A stretch of 26,470 nucleotides of DNA from Abditibacteriaceae bacterium. GTDB taxonomy: Bacteria; Armatimonadota; Abditibacteriia; Abditibacteriales; Abditibacteriaceae. Location of the stretch: contig JANMKN010000397.1 of the NCBI GenBank assembly GCA_031372065.1, positions 1 to 26,470 of the forward strand. The letters run 5' to 3'. Below, piece by piece: positions 1-8,342 of the stretch (positions are counted from its first letter, which is position 1; each line of letters starts with the position of its first letter). Below the pieces are notes generated by a model. The model saw nothing but the letters and a program-made list of their open reading frames with translations. It ran no database searches and had not been told where the DNA came from. Both the position numbers and the translations under genes were made by a program.

Positions 1-43
1 ACGGCTGTGAAGGGCACAAAATGTTAAGAATGCGGGCATCATC

Positions 44-91
44 CCGCCGTCCGGCGCCCAAAAAGTAAAGAATTTGACCGCCGGACGGCGG
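44..91. repeat. Perfect 13-bp GC-rich inverted repeat (REP-like hairpin) upstream of argJ
   Basis: CCGCCGTCCGGCG (44-56) is the exact reverse complement of CGCCGGACGGCGG (79-91), with a 22-nt A-rich loop. Confidence 0.7.
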
Positions 92-113
92 TGGTGAGCT
101 TTAGAAATCCAAA

Positions 114-1340
114 ATGAGCATAAAATTTCTTCCCAAAGGCGGCGTGACTTCGCCACTTGGATTTTTAGCGGGTGCGGCGCGCGGCGGCATCAAAACCCAG
201 GGCGATGACGTGGCGCTCATTGTTGCCGAAAACGGTGCGAGTGCGGCGGCAGTTTTTACGCGCAACATGGTCAAAGCTGCGCCGGTTTTGGTCAGCGCGC
301 AGCACGCGCCGAGCGCTACCACGCGCGCCATTGTGGTCAACGCTGGCAACGCCAACTGCTGCACCGGCGAAAATGGGTTGCGTAATGCGCGCTTGATGTG
401 CGAACTGGTCGCCGAAAAAATCAGTTGCGACATTTGTGAAGTTTTTGTTTGTTCGACGGGCATTATCGGCCATCAATTGCCGATGGACAAGGTGGCAAAA
501 GCCATCGCTGAAATCGAAGTTTCGCGCGGCGACGAAGCAAGTCAAAAAACCGCCTGCGCCGTGATGACAACCGATCTTGTGCCGAAATTTATCGCCGCAC
601 AGCGCGAAATTGACGGTGTATTGATAACAGTTGGCGGTCAGGCCAAAGGCGTCGGCATGATTGGCCCCGACATGGGCGCGCTTGATGCGAACGGATTGCA
701 CGCCACGATGCTGTCGTTTCTCACCACCGATGCCAAAATCGAAAAAGCGCGCTTGCAAACGATTCTCGAAAAAGTCGTGGAGCGCAGCTTCAATTCCGTC
801 ACAGTGGATGGCGATACGTCCACCAACGACACTTGTTTTTTGCTGGCAAGCGGCGCGGCGAATTTGGAAATCAACGAGCGAAACCAAGCACAATTTGAAG
901 AATTAGTCGGCGCGGTTTGCATCGAACTGACGAAAAAAATCGCGCGCGATGGCGAAGGCGCGACAAAACTCATTACCATTCAAGTTTCCGGCGCGCCATC
1001 GGATTTGGATGCCAAAAAAATCGCCATGACGGTTGCCAATTCGCCGTTGGTGAAAACCGCGCTGTTTGGCGGCGACCCGAACTGGGGCCGCATTTCTGCC
1101 GCCGCCGGGCGCGCCGGTGTGCATTTCGACGCGCAGAAACTCGGCGTGAAATTAGGCGGCATCGAAGTTTTTCAGGGCGGCGAACCAGCAGAATTTGAAG
1201 TCGTAGAGGCCGAAGCCGCTTTGAAAAACGAAGACATATTGATTGAAATTACAATCGGCGAAGGCAGCGGCGCGTGGACGGCGTGGACGTGCGATTTTTC
1301 TTACGATTACGTCAAAATCAACGCGGAATATCACACTTGA
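114..1340 (+). CDS. argJ: Ornithine acetyltransferase / N-acetylglutamate synthase ArgJ
   Basis: Motifs VFTRN, NAGNANCCTG, STGIIG, MTTD, KGVGMIGP...ATML (autocleavage Thr), VDGDTSTND, ARDGEGATK, NSPLVKTA, DPNWGRI and C-terminal CDFSYDYVKINAEY. Confidence 0.97.
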   Translation: MSIKFLPKGGVTSPLGFLAGAARGGIKTQGDDVALIVAENGASAAAVFTRNMVKAAPVLVSAQHAPSATTRAIVVNAGNANCCTGENGLRNARLMCELVAEKISCDICEVFVCSTGIIGHQLPMDKVAKAIAEIEVSRGDEASQKTACAVMTTDLVPKFIAAQREIDGVLITVGGQAKGVGMIGPDMGALDANGLHATMLSFLTTDAKIEKARLQTILEKVVERSFNSVTVDGDTSTNDTCFLLASGAANLEINERNQAQFEELVGAVCIELTKKIARDGEGATKLITIQVSGAPSDLDAKKIAMTVANSPLVKTALFGGDPNWGRISAAAGRAGVHFDAQKLGVKLGGIEVFQGGEPAEFEVVEAEAALKNEDILIEITIGEGSGAWTAWTCDFSYDYVKINAEYHT

Positions 1341-1947
1341 TTTTTGCCCGTTTCGAGACGAATTCGCTGCCATCTAAATAAAAGCGCAGCGGCCAATCGG
1401 CGGCTTGTGTGATGCCGATGCGCATTGTCGTGATAAGAGGCGCGTTTTCTTCGATAAATTGCTCGCGCTGCGGATTACACGCGATGAAAAGTGGCGATTC
1501 GGAATTGCAAATATCGGCGCTGTTCAACGCGCGATCAATTTGCATTGCTGCGCAAAATTTGGCGGGGCCATTAGTTAAATCGCGTTCGCGGACAACAGGC
1601 CGATTTTCTTTTAAAATCTCGCGGCCAAAAGTCGGCGCAATAGCGCGCACTAAAACCGCTTCGGCCACGCCGCGCGGCTGGCACACGGCGTTAAAGCAAA
1701 AGTGATAGCCGTAGATTAAATACACATAAGCGCGGCCTTCTTCTCCCCACATGGCGCGATTGCGCGGCGTTTCGCGCTTGTAAGCGTGGCACGCCGGGTC
1801 GTCGCTCAAATAGGCTTCAGTTTCGACGATTTCGCCGCCGCACCAACCCTTTTCTGTGCGGCGCAAAAGATAATGACCCAAAAGCAACGGCGCGACAATT
1901 TTGGCCGAAGGCTTATAAAATTCGCGCGGTAAGGGTATGAAGTTCAT
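1318..1947 (-). CDS. DNA-3-methyladenine glycosylase (MPG/AAG family)
   Basis: Motifs LPREFY, IVETEAY, AYVYLIYGYHFCFN, AVLVRA, NGPAK, RIGI and WPLRFY are typical of the MPG family. Confidence 0.93.
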   Translation of the reverse strand: MNFIPLPREFYKPSAKIVAPLLLGHYLLRRTEKGWCGGEIVETEAYLSDDPACHAYKRETPRNRAMWGEEGRAYVYLIYGYHFCFNAVCQPRGVAEAVLVRAIAPTFGREILKENRPVVRERDLTNGPAKFCAAMQIDRALNSADICNSESPLFIACNPQREQFIEENAPLITTMRIGITQAADWPLRFYLDGSEFVSKRAKIKCDIPR

Positions 1948-3156
1948 TTAATGCGCGGCAGCGGGCAGGGGAGCGCTATTTGTGCCGCTTCCAGCGGCGC
2001 CTTCGATAGCGTGATGCATTTCGGGCAGAAAGTAAAAGAGGATGCCCAGCACGACATAAAACGATAAGAGTTGCACGCCTTCGAGCCAGTTGCTTTCTCC
2101 GTCTCCGCAAATTTGTCCGGTGACAAGAATCGCCACCAGCACCGCGACAATTTCGGGAATCGTAAATTCCAAGTCCATCGGACGGGGGCCAATAAAGTGC
2201 GAGGTAATAATGAGAACCGGCGCCACAAACAGCGCGATTTGCAGGCTTGAACCAATGGCAATGCCCAAACTCAAGTCCATTTTATTTTTCATCGCCATCA
2301 AAATCGCCGACGAATGTTCCGCTGCGTTGCCGATAATCGCTACCACGATAACGCCCACAAAAACCTCGGTAAAACCTAAAGCCTTGCGTGCTGCTTCGAC
2401 TGAGCCAACCAAATATTCAGAAACCAATGCCACGAAAATTGTCGCTATCAGCAAAACGCCGACGGACTTTTTCATAGACCAGCTTTCGTGCGATTCTTCT
2501 TTTTTGGCTTCTGCATTGGCCTGCGCGCCTGCATGGCCGATGAATAAATTTTTGTGTGTTTTCAAAGAAAACAGCAAATTGGCGGCGTAGGTCAATAGCA
2601 AGACAACAGCAATCGCCATAGACAAAGTTTGTTCTTTTTGAGGCGTCCACGCGTTCTTTTGCCCCGCCATTTCGTGAAAAACCGAGGGAATAATCAGCGC
2701 GGCGCCCGCCAAAAGCAGCGAAGTGATCGAAGAACGCGCCGCTGTTTGATTGAATTTTTGCTCCGAATTTTTCCATCCGCCCGCCAACATCGAAGCGCCC
2801 AAAACCAGCAGCAAGTTGCCGATAATCGAGCCGGTCAGCGAGGCTTTCACCACGCCGTAATAGCCTTTTTGCAAAGCCACAAGAGCGATAATGAGTTCCG
2901 CCGCGTTGCCAAAGGTGGCGTTGAGCAAGCCGCCGATGCCTTCGCCGACTTTTTCGGCCAAATGTTCGGTAGCGTGGCCCATCCAACCGGCCAAAGGAAT
3001 AATCGCCAGACACGCGCAAATAAACAGCGCTGTATCATTTTTCGGAATCAATCCGTAATGCAGCGCTATCGAAATCGGGACGAAAATGAGCAGCCAGTCG
3101 AGCGAAGGTTTGAGTTTGAAACCGGATTTTTCCGGCGCGGTTTGAGTTTGTGCCAT
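1948..3156 (-). CDS. Calcium/proton exchanger (CaCA family, CAX/ChaA type)
   Basis: About 10-11 hydrophobic segments, alpha-repeat motifs [13 protein letters not shown] and IIGNAAEH, plus [24 protein letters not shown] and [12 protein letters not shown] at 3156 preferred over GTG at 3162. Confidence 0.95.
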   Translation of the reverse strand: MAQTQTAPEKSGFKLKPSLDWLLIFVPISIALHYGLIPKNDTALFICACLAIIPLAGWMGHATEHLAEKVGEGIGGLLNATFGNAAELIIALVALQKGYYGVVKASLTGSIIGNLLLVLGASMLAGGWKNSEQKFNQTAARSSITSLLLAGAALIIPSVFHEMAGQKNAWTPQKEQTLSMAIAVVLLLTYAANLLFSLKTHKNLFIGHAGAQANAEAKKEESHESWSMKKSVGVLLIATIFVALVSEYLVGSVEAARKALGFTEVFVGVIVVAIIGNAAEHSSAILMAMKNKMDLSLGIAIGSSLQIALFVAPVLIITSHFIGPRPMDLEFTIPEIVAVLVAILVTGQICGDGESNWLEGVQLLSFYVVLGILFYFLPEMHHAIEGAAGSGTNSAPLPAAAH

Positions 3157-3165
3157 TGGCACTAA

Positions 3166-3194
3166 ATTATAGCGAACTTCAATTGTCTTATAAA
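3166..3194 (-). promoter_or_regulatory. Putative sigma70 promoter for the exchanger-MPG operon
   Basis: On the minus strand TTTATA (3194-3189), a 17-nt spacer, then TATAAT (3171-3166), only 9 nt before the ATG at 3156. Confidence 0.4.
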
Positions 3195-3222
3195 TTCATG
3201 TTTGCTTATCTAAAATTAAACG

Positions 3223-3266
3223 AAAAAGCCGTCGCGTGCCAACAAAAGGCAAAACACGGGCGGCTC
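3223..3266 (-). terminator. Possible intrinsic terminator after the 3295 ORF
   Basis: The minus strand reads AGCCGCCCGTG...CACGCGACGGCT as an imperfect stem followed by a short T run. Confidence 0.35.
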
Positions 3267-3294
3267 TTTCTCGAAAAACGTCACGGATGCAGAG

Positions 3295-3774
3295 TTATGG
3301 ATGCAGAGGCCCTGGTGCCTTGACAAGTGGCGCGGCGAATTCAGTTAAATTGAATTCATAAATCGTGCCGCCACCAAGCATCGGGCCGCGATCAGGGTCT
3401 TTGTAATCTATATATTCCGACAGCGAGAAACGGGTCGAATTCAGCGCCTCGCGCGACAAGGCAAACCAATAAACCACAGTGCCTTTGTGTTCTTGCCCTC
3501 CGACAATAGTGCTGAGTGTCACGCCCGCCGGATTGCGTAATTCCAAATGCGCCATGCGTCGCGTTGTCCATTCCGAATCCGCTGGATACGAGCGCGCTTT
3601 GTCTAAATAACGCGTCACAGTGAACCCAATTGTTCCATCTTCGCGCTTGGCGGTTTCCACTGCGATGCCTTCTACTTTCGTCCATTTCGGCGTTACCTTT
3701 TCGGCAACCGTCAGCGCCTGAACCGGCACACTCAACAATACAGCAAATGCGACAGCCAACCAACGAATTTTCAT
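3295..3774 (-). CDS. Hypothetical secreted protein (~159 aa)
   Basis: AAGGAGA Shine-Dalgarno before ATG 3774 and signal peptide MKIRWLAVAFAVLLSVPVQA. No family recognised. Confidence 0.75.
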   Translation of the reverse strand: MKIRWLAVAFAVLLSVPVQALTVAEKVTPKWTKVEGIAVETAKREDGTIGFTVTRYLDKARSYPADSEWTTRRMAHLELRNPAGVTLSTIVGGQEHKGTVVYWFALSREALNSTRFSLSEYIDYKDPDRGPMLGGGTIYEFNLTEFAAPLVKAPGPLHP

Positions 3775-3830
3775 GGCGATTCTCCTTGTCAAGTTGTGAC
3801 CCGCTTGCACATGGCGATGTTCCGCAGCGG

Positions 3831-4163
3831 CTATTGCGTAGGATTACTTTCTTTTAATTCCACCACCAAATTGCGATATGGCTTGTCGCCAACATTCACC
3901 AAGCGATTATGCACAACGCCATCTGGTTCGGCATCGTGGAAGCGCAATAAATCAGGCTCGAATTGCAAATCGCGGTCATTTTCGGGGTTTTCAGGGTCAA
4001 CGAAGCGCAAAGAGCCGCCGTCAATGACCATGAAAAAATAAGGCAGGCGATGAATATGCTTTTCCAGTGCTTCGCCCGGCTGCAACGCCAAATCCCAAAC
4101 GCGCACGCGCTCGTTTTCAAAGATCAGTTTGGTGCCGACATTTTCAGAGGGTTCAATGGGCAT
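3831..4163 (-). CDS. Cupin-domain protein (~110 aa)
   Basis: VGTKLIFENERVRVWDLALQPGE...HIH...HNRLVNVGDKPYRNLVVELK is a typical small cupin with His motifs. AAAGGT precedes ATG 4163. Confidence 0.85.
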   Translation of the reverse strand: MPIEPSENVGTKLIFENERVRVWDLALQPGEALEKHIHRLPYFFMVIDGGSLRFVDPENPENDRDLQFEPDLLRFHDAEPDGVVHNRLVNVGDKPYRNLVVELKESNPTQ

Positions 4164-4179
4164 AGTTTTACCTTTTAAT

Positions 4180-4236
4180 GGAGACGCGGGCATCTTGCTG
4201 CTCTGTGTTTTTATGCGGGCAGGATGCTCGCGCTCC
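4180..4236. repeat. Inverted pair of REP-like units (REPIN-like hairpin)
   Basis: GGAGACGCGGGCATCTTGCTGC (4180-4201) and GCGGGCAGGATGCTCGCGCTCC (4215-4236) are imperfect reverse complements in the intergenic gap. Confidence 0.65.
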
Positions 4237-4246
4237 GTAAATCAAA

Positions 4247-6958
4247 TTACAATCGTTCTTTGCGTTCGGCGCGGCGAATGGTGATGGTGCCGTTGGTATC
4301 GGCTCCGGCGTCGGTGGCGACTTCGACCATCATTGTGACGGGTTTATTGCGGCTAACGTTTTTGGCGGTGATTTTGTAAATATTGTCGCGGTGATAAGCG
4401 CCGGTGCGCCCGCTTTGCGCTAATCCGCCGATTTCTTTGCCGTCTTGCATGAAAGCCACGCCGAAAATGAGCAGGGAATTTTTGCCGCCGTCAGCTTTGA
4501 ATTCCACTTCGTAATCGTCCGGCTTGGTGATAAACGCGCTGACATCCATCGTCCACAAAATATGATCGGCAGACACATCGTCGGTTGTCCATTTGCCTTT
4601 AACAGTCTTAATCATATATTGCGGCGGCTTGCTGAATTCTTCGGCGTATCTATCCCATAGTTGTTTGGATAATTTCACCGTATCTCCGCTCGGCGTCGAG
4701 GGCAGTTTCGTGGTTTTCTTGGCCCATTCTTCTTCCAGCATGGTCATTTGATTCAACACGTTGTTGTCGTCCACAGGCTTGCCTGAATTCAGAGAATCTT
4801 GTAGCGCACCCAGCCAGATGCGCCAGCGCGGGGCATAGTAAGTGCTAATCAGGCCGCCCCAGTTGCGATGCGCGATGTCGCGCTGCGTGGTGGGAATTGT
4901 CCACGAAGTCAAAAGTGAGCGCACGTCTTGTTCGAGCAGTTTTTTCTCGGCTTCATCACCCGCCCATTTTTGCGCATCGGCAATCCACGCGCCCGCCATA
5001 AATTCGCGGCGCGTGTTCATCAGTTCGTCCATGTCATTCATCAAGCCGAGCATTTTTTCGCGCAAGGCGGAAAGCGATTCTTTGTCGCGGGCGCGGTAGG
5101 CTTTGGCGATCTCCACTTGGTAGCGCGATGCCAATGATTCGAGGGCTTGCGCGCCTAAAGCGGCCAAATCGGAGCGATAGGCTTCGGCGCCCGCGCTGCG
5201 TTCAAGGCCCGGCCCGGCGGCAACCATTGCTTTCCATGCCTCGCCCATGTCTTGCGCGATTTTAAAGCGCTGACTGGTTTCGTCTTTGGGCTTGCCTTGC
5301 GGCGGAATAAAATAAGGCCGCATCGCGACCGTGAGTGGAACGGGATTTTCGCGCTTGGTATAAACCGAATCGCGCAGCAAAGCTAAGGCGCGCTCGGCGG
5401 CGCTTTCGGTTTGACCGTAGCGGCGCCGCGCATAGCGAATAATCCACGGGCCGACGTTATTTTCTTTGTCGCGCCACACGTTATCCAGCAGCATATTCCA
5501 GTAAAGATAATTGTTGCGCGGGTCTTCGGCAGTGACGCCGAAACCTTTGTATTGAGCCGACATTTCGTTGCCCAAAATCGTAATCGGCGCGCGGTTGGCG
5601 ACATTTAAGTCGCCTTGCAACCCCGATTGGCCCGCCGGGGCGTTTTGCAGGCACCAAACCCACGGCGCGCCGTTAAAAGCGCTGTTGTCCAGCCATAAAG
5701 GAACGCTGTCGCCCGCCGTATCCAGCATCAGCAAGCGGTTGTGGTCTATGACTTTGGGCTTATCCAGCGCTGCGGCTTTTTTCTCCTCGGCTGCCTTTAC
5801 CGCATCGGGATCATTCGGGTCAACAGGTTCTTCGACTTCGATTTCTTGAAAACCAACTAATAAGGAAGCCAGTGGGTCGTCGCGTTCGGCGGGAATCACC
5901 CAAATCGCTTCGGGCGTGGCTTTTTCCATCGCTTCATAAATCGCTTGACCTGCGGAGGAGAGATTTTTCTCACTGAGTTTGGCGCCATTCCAAAAGGGCG
6001 TGGCCCAAAAGTATTTCACGTCGCCAAAATTGGCTTTCAACGCCGCATAATATTTTTCGGCGATTTGGGCGAAAAGCGGCGTAACCGGATTCACATAATC
6101 GGGGCGCTCTAATTTGCCGAGCCATTTTTCCTGCACATACAAATCGGCATCGGTTTTTTTCTTTTTGAAATCAGGCGGCACTGTGCCGACATAGCCGGGC
6201 AAAACCGGTTCAATGCCGAGCGCTTTCATGCGCGTCACGATTCTTTGAGCGAGTTTTAAGCGCGCGTCAATGAGACTTTGCGAGACGCCACCACCGTAAT
6301 TTTCCAGCACGCCCATCGCTTGCCACGGCGCGCGGGTGGGCGGCACCAGCCAGTTGCGAATCGCCGCGTCGTCGTAGCCATAATCTTTCCAGAGTTTTTG
6401 CCAAATGGCTTCTTGCCCCGCCACCAGCAAGGCGCGATTGAAGCCGTGCAGCGCCAAAAAATCAATTTCGTGTTCCCAGCGATTCCAATCCCAATACGCC
6501 GTGGTGTAAGCGTGCGTTGAAGGCTGATAAGCCACGCGCGTCGGAAAATAACTGACCAAACGCAGTTTCGGCTGCACATTGGGCAACGGCATTGGCAGAT
6601 TTAATTGATCGAAGCCATCCCATGCCACCGAAGCGTTGGCGTAATTTTCCAGATAATAATTCAGTGCTGAAGCGAGGCTGGTTGTGCTGTTGCCGCGCAA
6701 AACAATTTTGCCGTCTTGCGATTCGATTTCAATGGCGTCCATCACCTTGCCGGTAATGGTATCGGGCACAATGGTTTCGAGAACGAATTTATCGGCCTGA
6801 CGCGGAATTAGGCGCTGCATCAACTCGCGCACAGCGGCTTCGCTTTTGGCGGCCTGCTCTTTGTCCACTTTCATTTTCGGCAGCGGCGCTTGCGCGAAAA
6901 CAGCTTGCATCAAAAGCAAAACGAGAAACAATAAACGAAAGGGCAAAAGAGTTTTCAT
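4247..6958 (-). CDS. Secreted GH89-family (alpha-N-acetylglucosaminidase-like) protein with divergent active site and an extra C-terminal domain
   Basis: Signal peptide. N-domain RGNSTTSLASALNYYL. TIM-barrel motifs WDWNRWEHEIDFLALHGFN, GQEAIWQ, RMKALGIEPVLPGYVGTVP and PWVWC. C-domain YARRRYG and NWGGLISTYYAPRW. Confidence 0.88.
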   Translation of the reverse strand: MKTLLPFRLLFLVLLLMQAVFAQAPLPKMKVDKEQAAKSEAAVRELMQRLIPRQADKFVLETIVPDTITGKVMDAIEIESQDGKIVLRGNSTTSLASALNYYLENYANASVAWDGFDQLNLPMPLPNVQPKLRLVSYFPTRVAYQPSTHAYTTAYWDWNRWEHEIDFLALHGFNRALLVAGQEAIWQKLWKDYGYDDAAIRNWLVPPTRAPWQAMGVLENYGGGVSQSLIDARLKLAQRIVTRMKALGIEPVLPGYVGTVPPDFKKKKTDADLYVQEKWLGKLERPDYVNPVTPLFAQIAEKYYAALKANFGDVKYFWATPFWNGAKLSEKNLSSAGQAIYEAMEKATPEAIWVIPAERDDPLASLLVGFQEIEVEEPVDPNDPDAVKAAEEKKAAALDKPKVIDHNRLLMLDTAGDSVPLWLDNSAFNGAPWVWCLQNAPAGQSGLQGDLNVANRAPITILGNEMSAQYKGFGVTAEDPRNNYLYWNMLLDNVWRDKENNVGPWIIRYARRRYGQTESAAERALALLRDSVYTKRENPVPLTVAMRPYFIPPQGKPKDETSQRFKIAQDMGEAWKAMVAAGPGLERSAGAEAYRSDLAALGAQALESLASRYQVEIAKAYRARDKESLSALREKMLGLMNDMDELMNTRREFMAGAWIADAQKWAGDEAEKKLLEQDVRSLLTSWTIPTTQRDIAHRNWGGLISTYYAPRWRIWLGALQDSLNSGKPVDDNNVLNQMTMLEEEWAKKTTKLPSTPSGDTVKLSKQLWDRYAEEFSKPPQYMIKTVKGKWTTDDVSADHILWTMDVSAFITKPDDYEVEFKADGGKNSLLIFGVAFMQDGKEIGGLAQSGRTGAYHRDNIYKITAKNVSRNKPVTMMVEVATDAGADTNGTITIRRAERKERL

Positions 6959-7083
6959 AAGGTGGATGTAGTTTTGACAGAATTAATGAAAAGGTGTTGC
7001 CTCGCAGAGAAAAGCCTTGAAGAGAAAACTCTTCGCACATTTTTCTCTTGTTTGCTATTTCGCTTCCCATCATACTTTTTTAG

Positions 7084-7524
7084 ATGCTTAAAACAAAGAG
7101 CGAACTCAGTGACAAACAAAGTGCCAGACAAAGTGAAATCCAGCAGAAAAAGCGCAGCCAAGCGGCGCGCAAAGCAGCGCAGGCGCGTTGGAGCAAAGAA
7201 CGACCTCCGAGCAAGCGGGCATTGAAACAACAAACGGCCCGCATTCCCACTTCCGAGTTGACAATCGAACATTATGCTGACCGACCTAACCCGCAATTGA
7301 GTTGGGCAGCGGCGATCCTCAAACGCCGGGCCAGCGGCAAATTGCAACGCCGCGAGGCGGCACGCATTTTCAGTCAGGCCTGCGTCAAACGCGAAAGCCC
7401 GTGGAGCAAGCTGCCCGCAGAGGAACGCCGCGAAATTGCCCGTCGTGGCGGCACGCGCCGTTGGGAAATCTGGCGCGAAGAACAAGCGCTGTTAGCCGGA
7501 GAGAAAAGTAAATTGCAAAATTAA
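7084..7524 (+). CDS. Hypothetical very basic protein with two AARKAA.ARW / EIARRGG.RRW motifs
   Basis: The ORF fills the gap between GH89 and the convergent ABC operon. It is K/R-rich and contains RSQAARKAAQARW and LPAEERREIARRGGTRRW. Confidence 0.6.
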   Translation: MLKTKSELSDKQSARQSEIQQKKRSQAARKAAQARWSKERPPSKRALKQQTARIPTSELTIEHYADRPNPQLSWAAAILKRRASGKLQRREAARIFSQACVKRESPWSKLPAEERREIARRGGTRRWEIWREEQALLAGEKSKLQN

Positions 7525-7538
7525 TTTACTTGCCGCCT

Positions 7539-8342
7539 TTACTTCACTGCGCCCGCTGTAAGTCCGGCAGCGAGATGTTTTTCGATGAGCGTGAACAGGA
7601 AAACAACCGGCAAAATGGCCCACAGTGCGCCTGCCATCAGCAAATTCCATTGTGGCGCATAAGCGCTGGCGTAATCGTTTAAACCCAGCGTCAGCGGCTT
7701 TTTGTCCGGTGAAGATAAGAATGTCAGCGCGATAACAAACTCGTTCCACGCGCCGATGAAAACAAAAACAATCGTCGTTACGATGCCGGGCCGTGCCACA
7801 GGCAACAAAACGCGAAAAAACGCCGACAAACGCGAACAACCGTCTACTAAAGCCGCTTCTTCGATGTCGTCCGGCACCGCCGCGATGTAAGCTGTCAAAA
7901 GCCAAATCGCAAAGGCCAAAGAATACGCCGTGTTGACTAAAATCAGGCCCGGCAAAGAATCCGTCAAATGCGTCGAAGCGGCCAAGCGATAAAGCGAAAC
8001 CACGACCACAACCGGCGAAAACATTTGCGTGGCAATCAAGCCGATGCGCCACCACTTTTTGCCCGGCGCGGGCAGGCGCGCCAAAGCGTAAGCCGCAGGC
8101 AGCGACAGGCATAAATTCAACAATGTCGTGCCGAGCGCGATGAGCAAACTATTCTTAAAATAAAGCGGTAATTTGTCGTGCCACGGCTGTATCAAGTTGT
8201 CGAATTGAAAGTGCGTGGGCAGCAAAGGATTGGTGGCAATTTCCGCGTCCGGCTTGAGCGCGGTCAGAATCATCACGCTAAAAGGCGCAATCATCACCAG
8301 CAAAAAAAGAAGTAACGCGCCGCGCCGCAGAAGTTTTGCCAT
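7539..8342 (-). CDS. Carbohydrate ABC transporter permease (MalG-like)
   Basis: NSLLIA, PAAYALAR, EAA loop DIEEAALVDGCSR, AWNEF and C-terminal GLTAGAVK. ATG 8342 overlaps the upstream TGA and has a GGAG SD. Confidence 0.95.
   Translation of the reverse strand: MAKLLRRGALLLFLLVMIAPFSVMILTALKPDAEIATNPLLPTHFQFDNLIQPWHDKLPLYFKNSLLIALGTTLLNLCLSLPAAYALARLPAPGKKWWRIGLIATQMFSPVVVVVSLYRLAASTHLTDSLPGLILVNTAYSLAFAIWLLTAYIAAVPDDIEEAALVDGCSRLSAFFRVLLPVARPGIVTTIVFVFIGAWNEFVIALTFLSSPDKKPLTLGLNDYASAYAPQWNLLMAGALWAILPVVFLFTLIEKHLAAGLTAGAVK

Noticed and set aside
4164..4193. Longer cupin start MPASPLKGKT
   Set aside because: That ATG lies within the REP-like palindrome, while ATG 4163 has an SD-like sequence.
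6955..7485. 176-aa minus-strand ORF opposite the basic protein
   Set aside because: It has no recognisable motif and looks like a shadow ORF, whereas the plus-strand ORF has an internally repeated motif. Not fully excluded.
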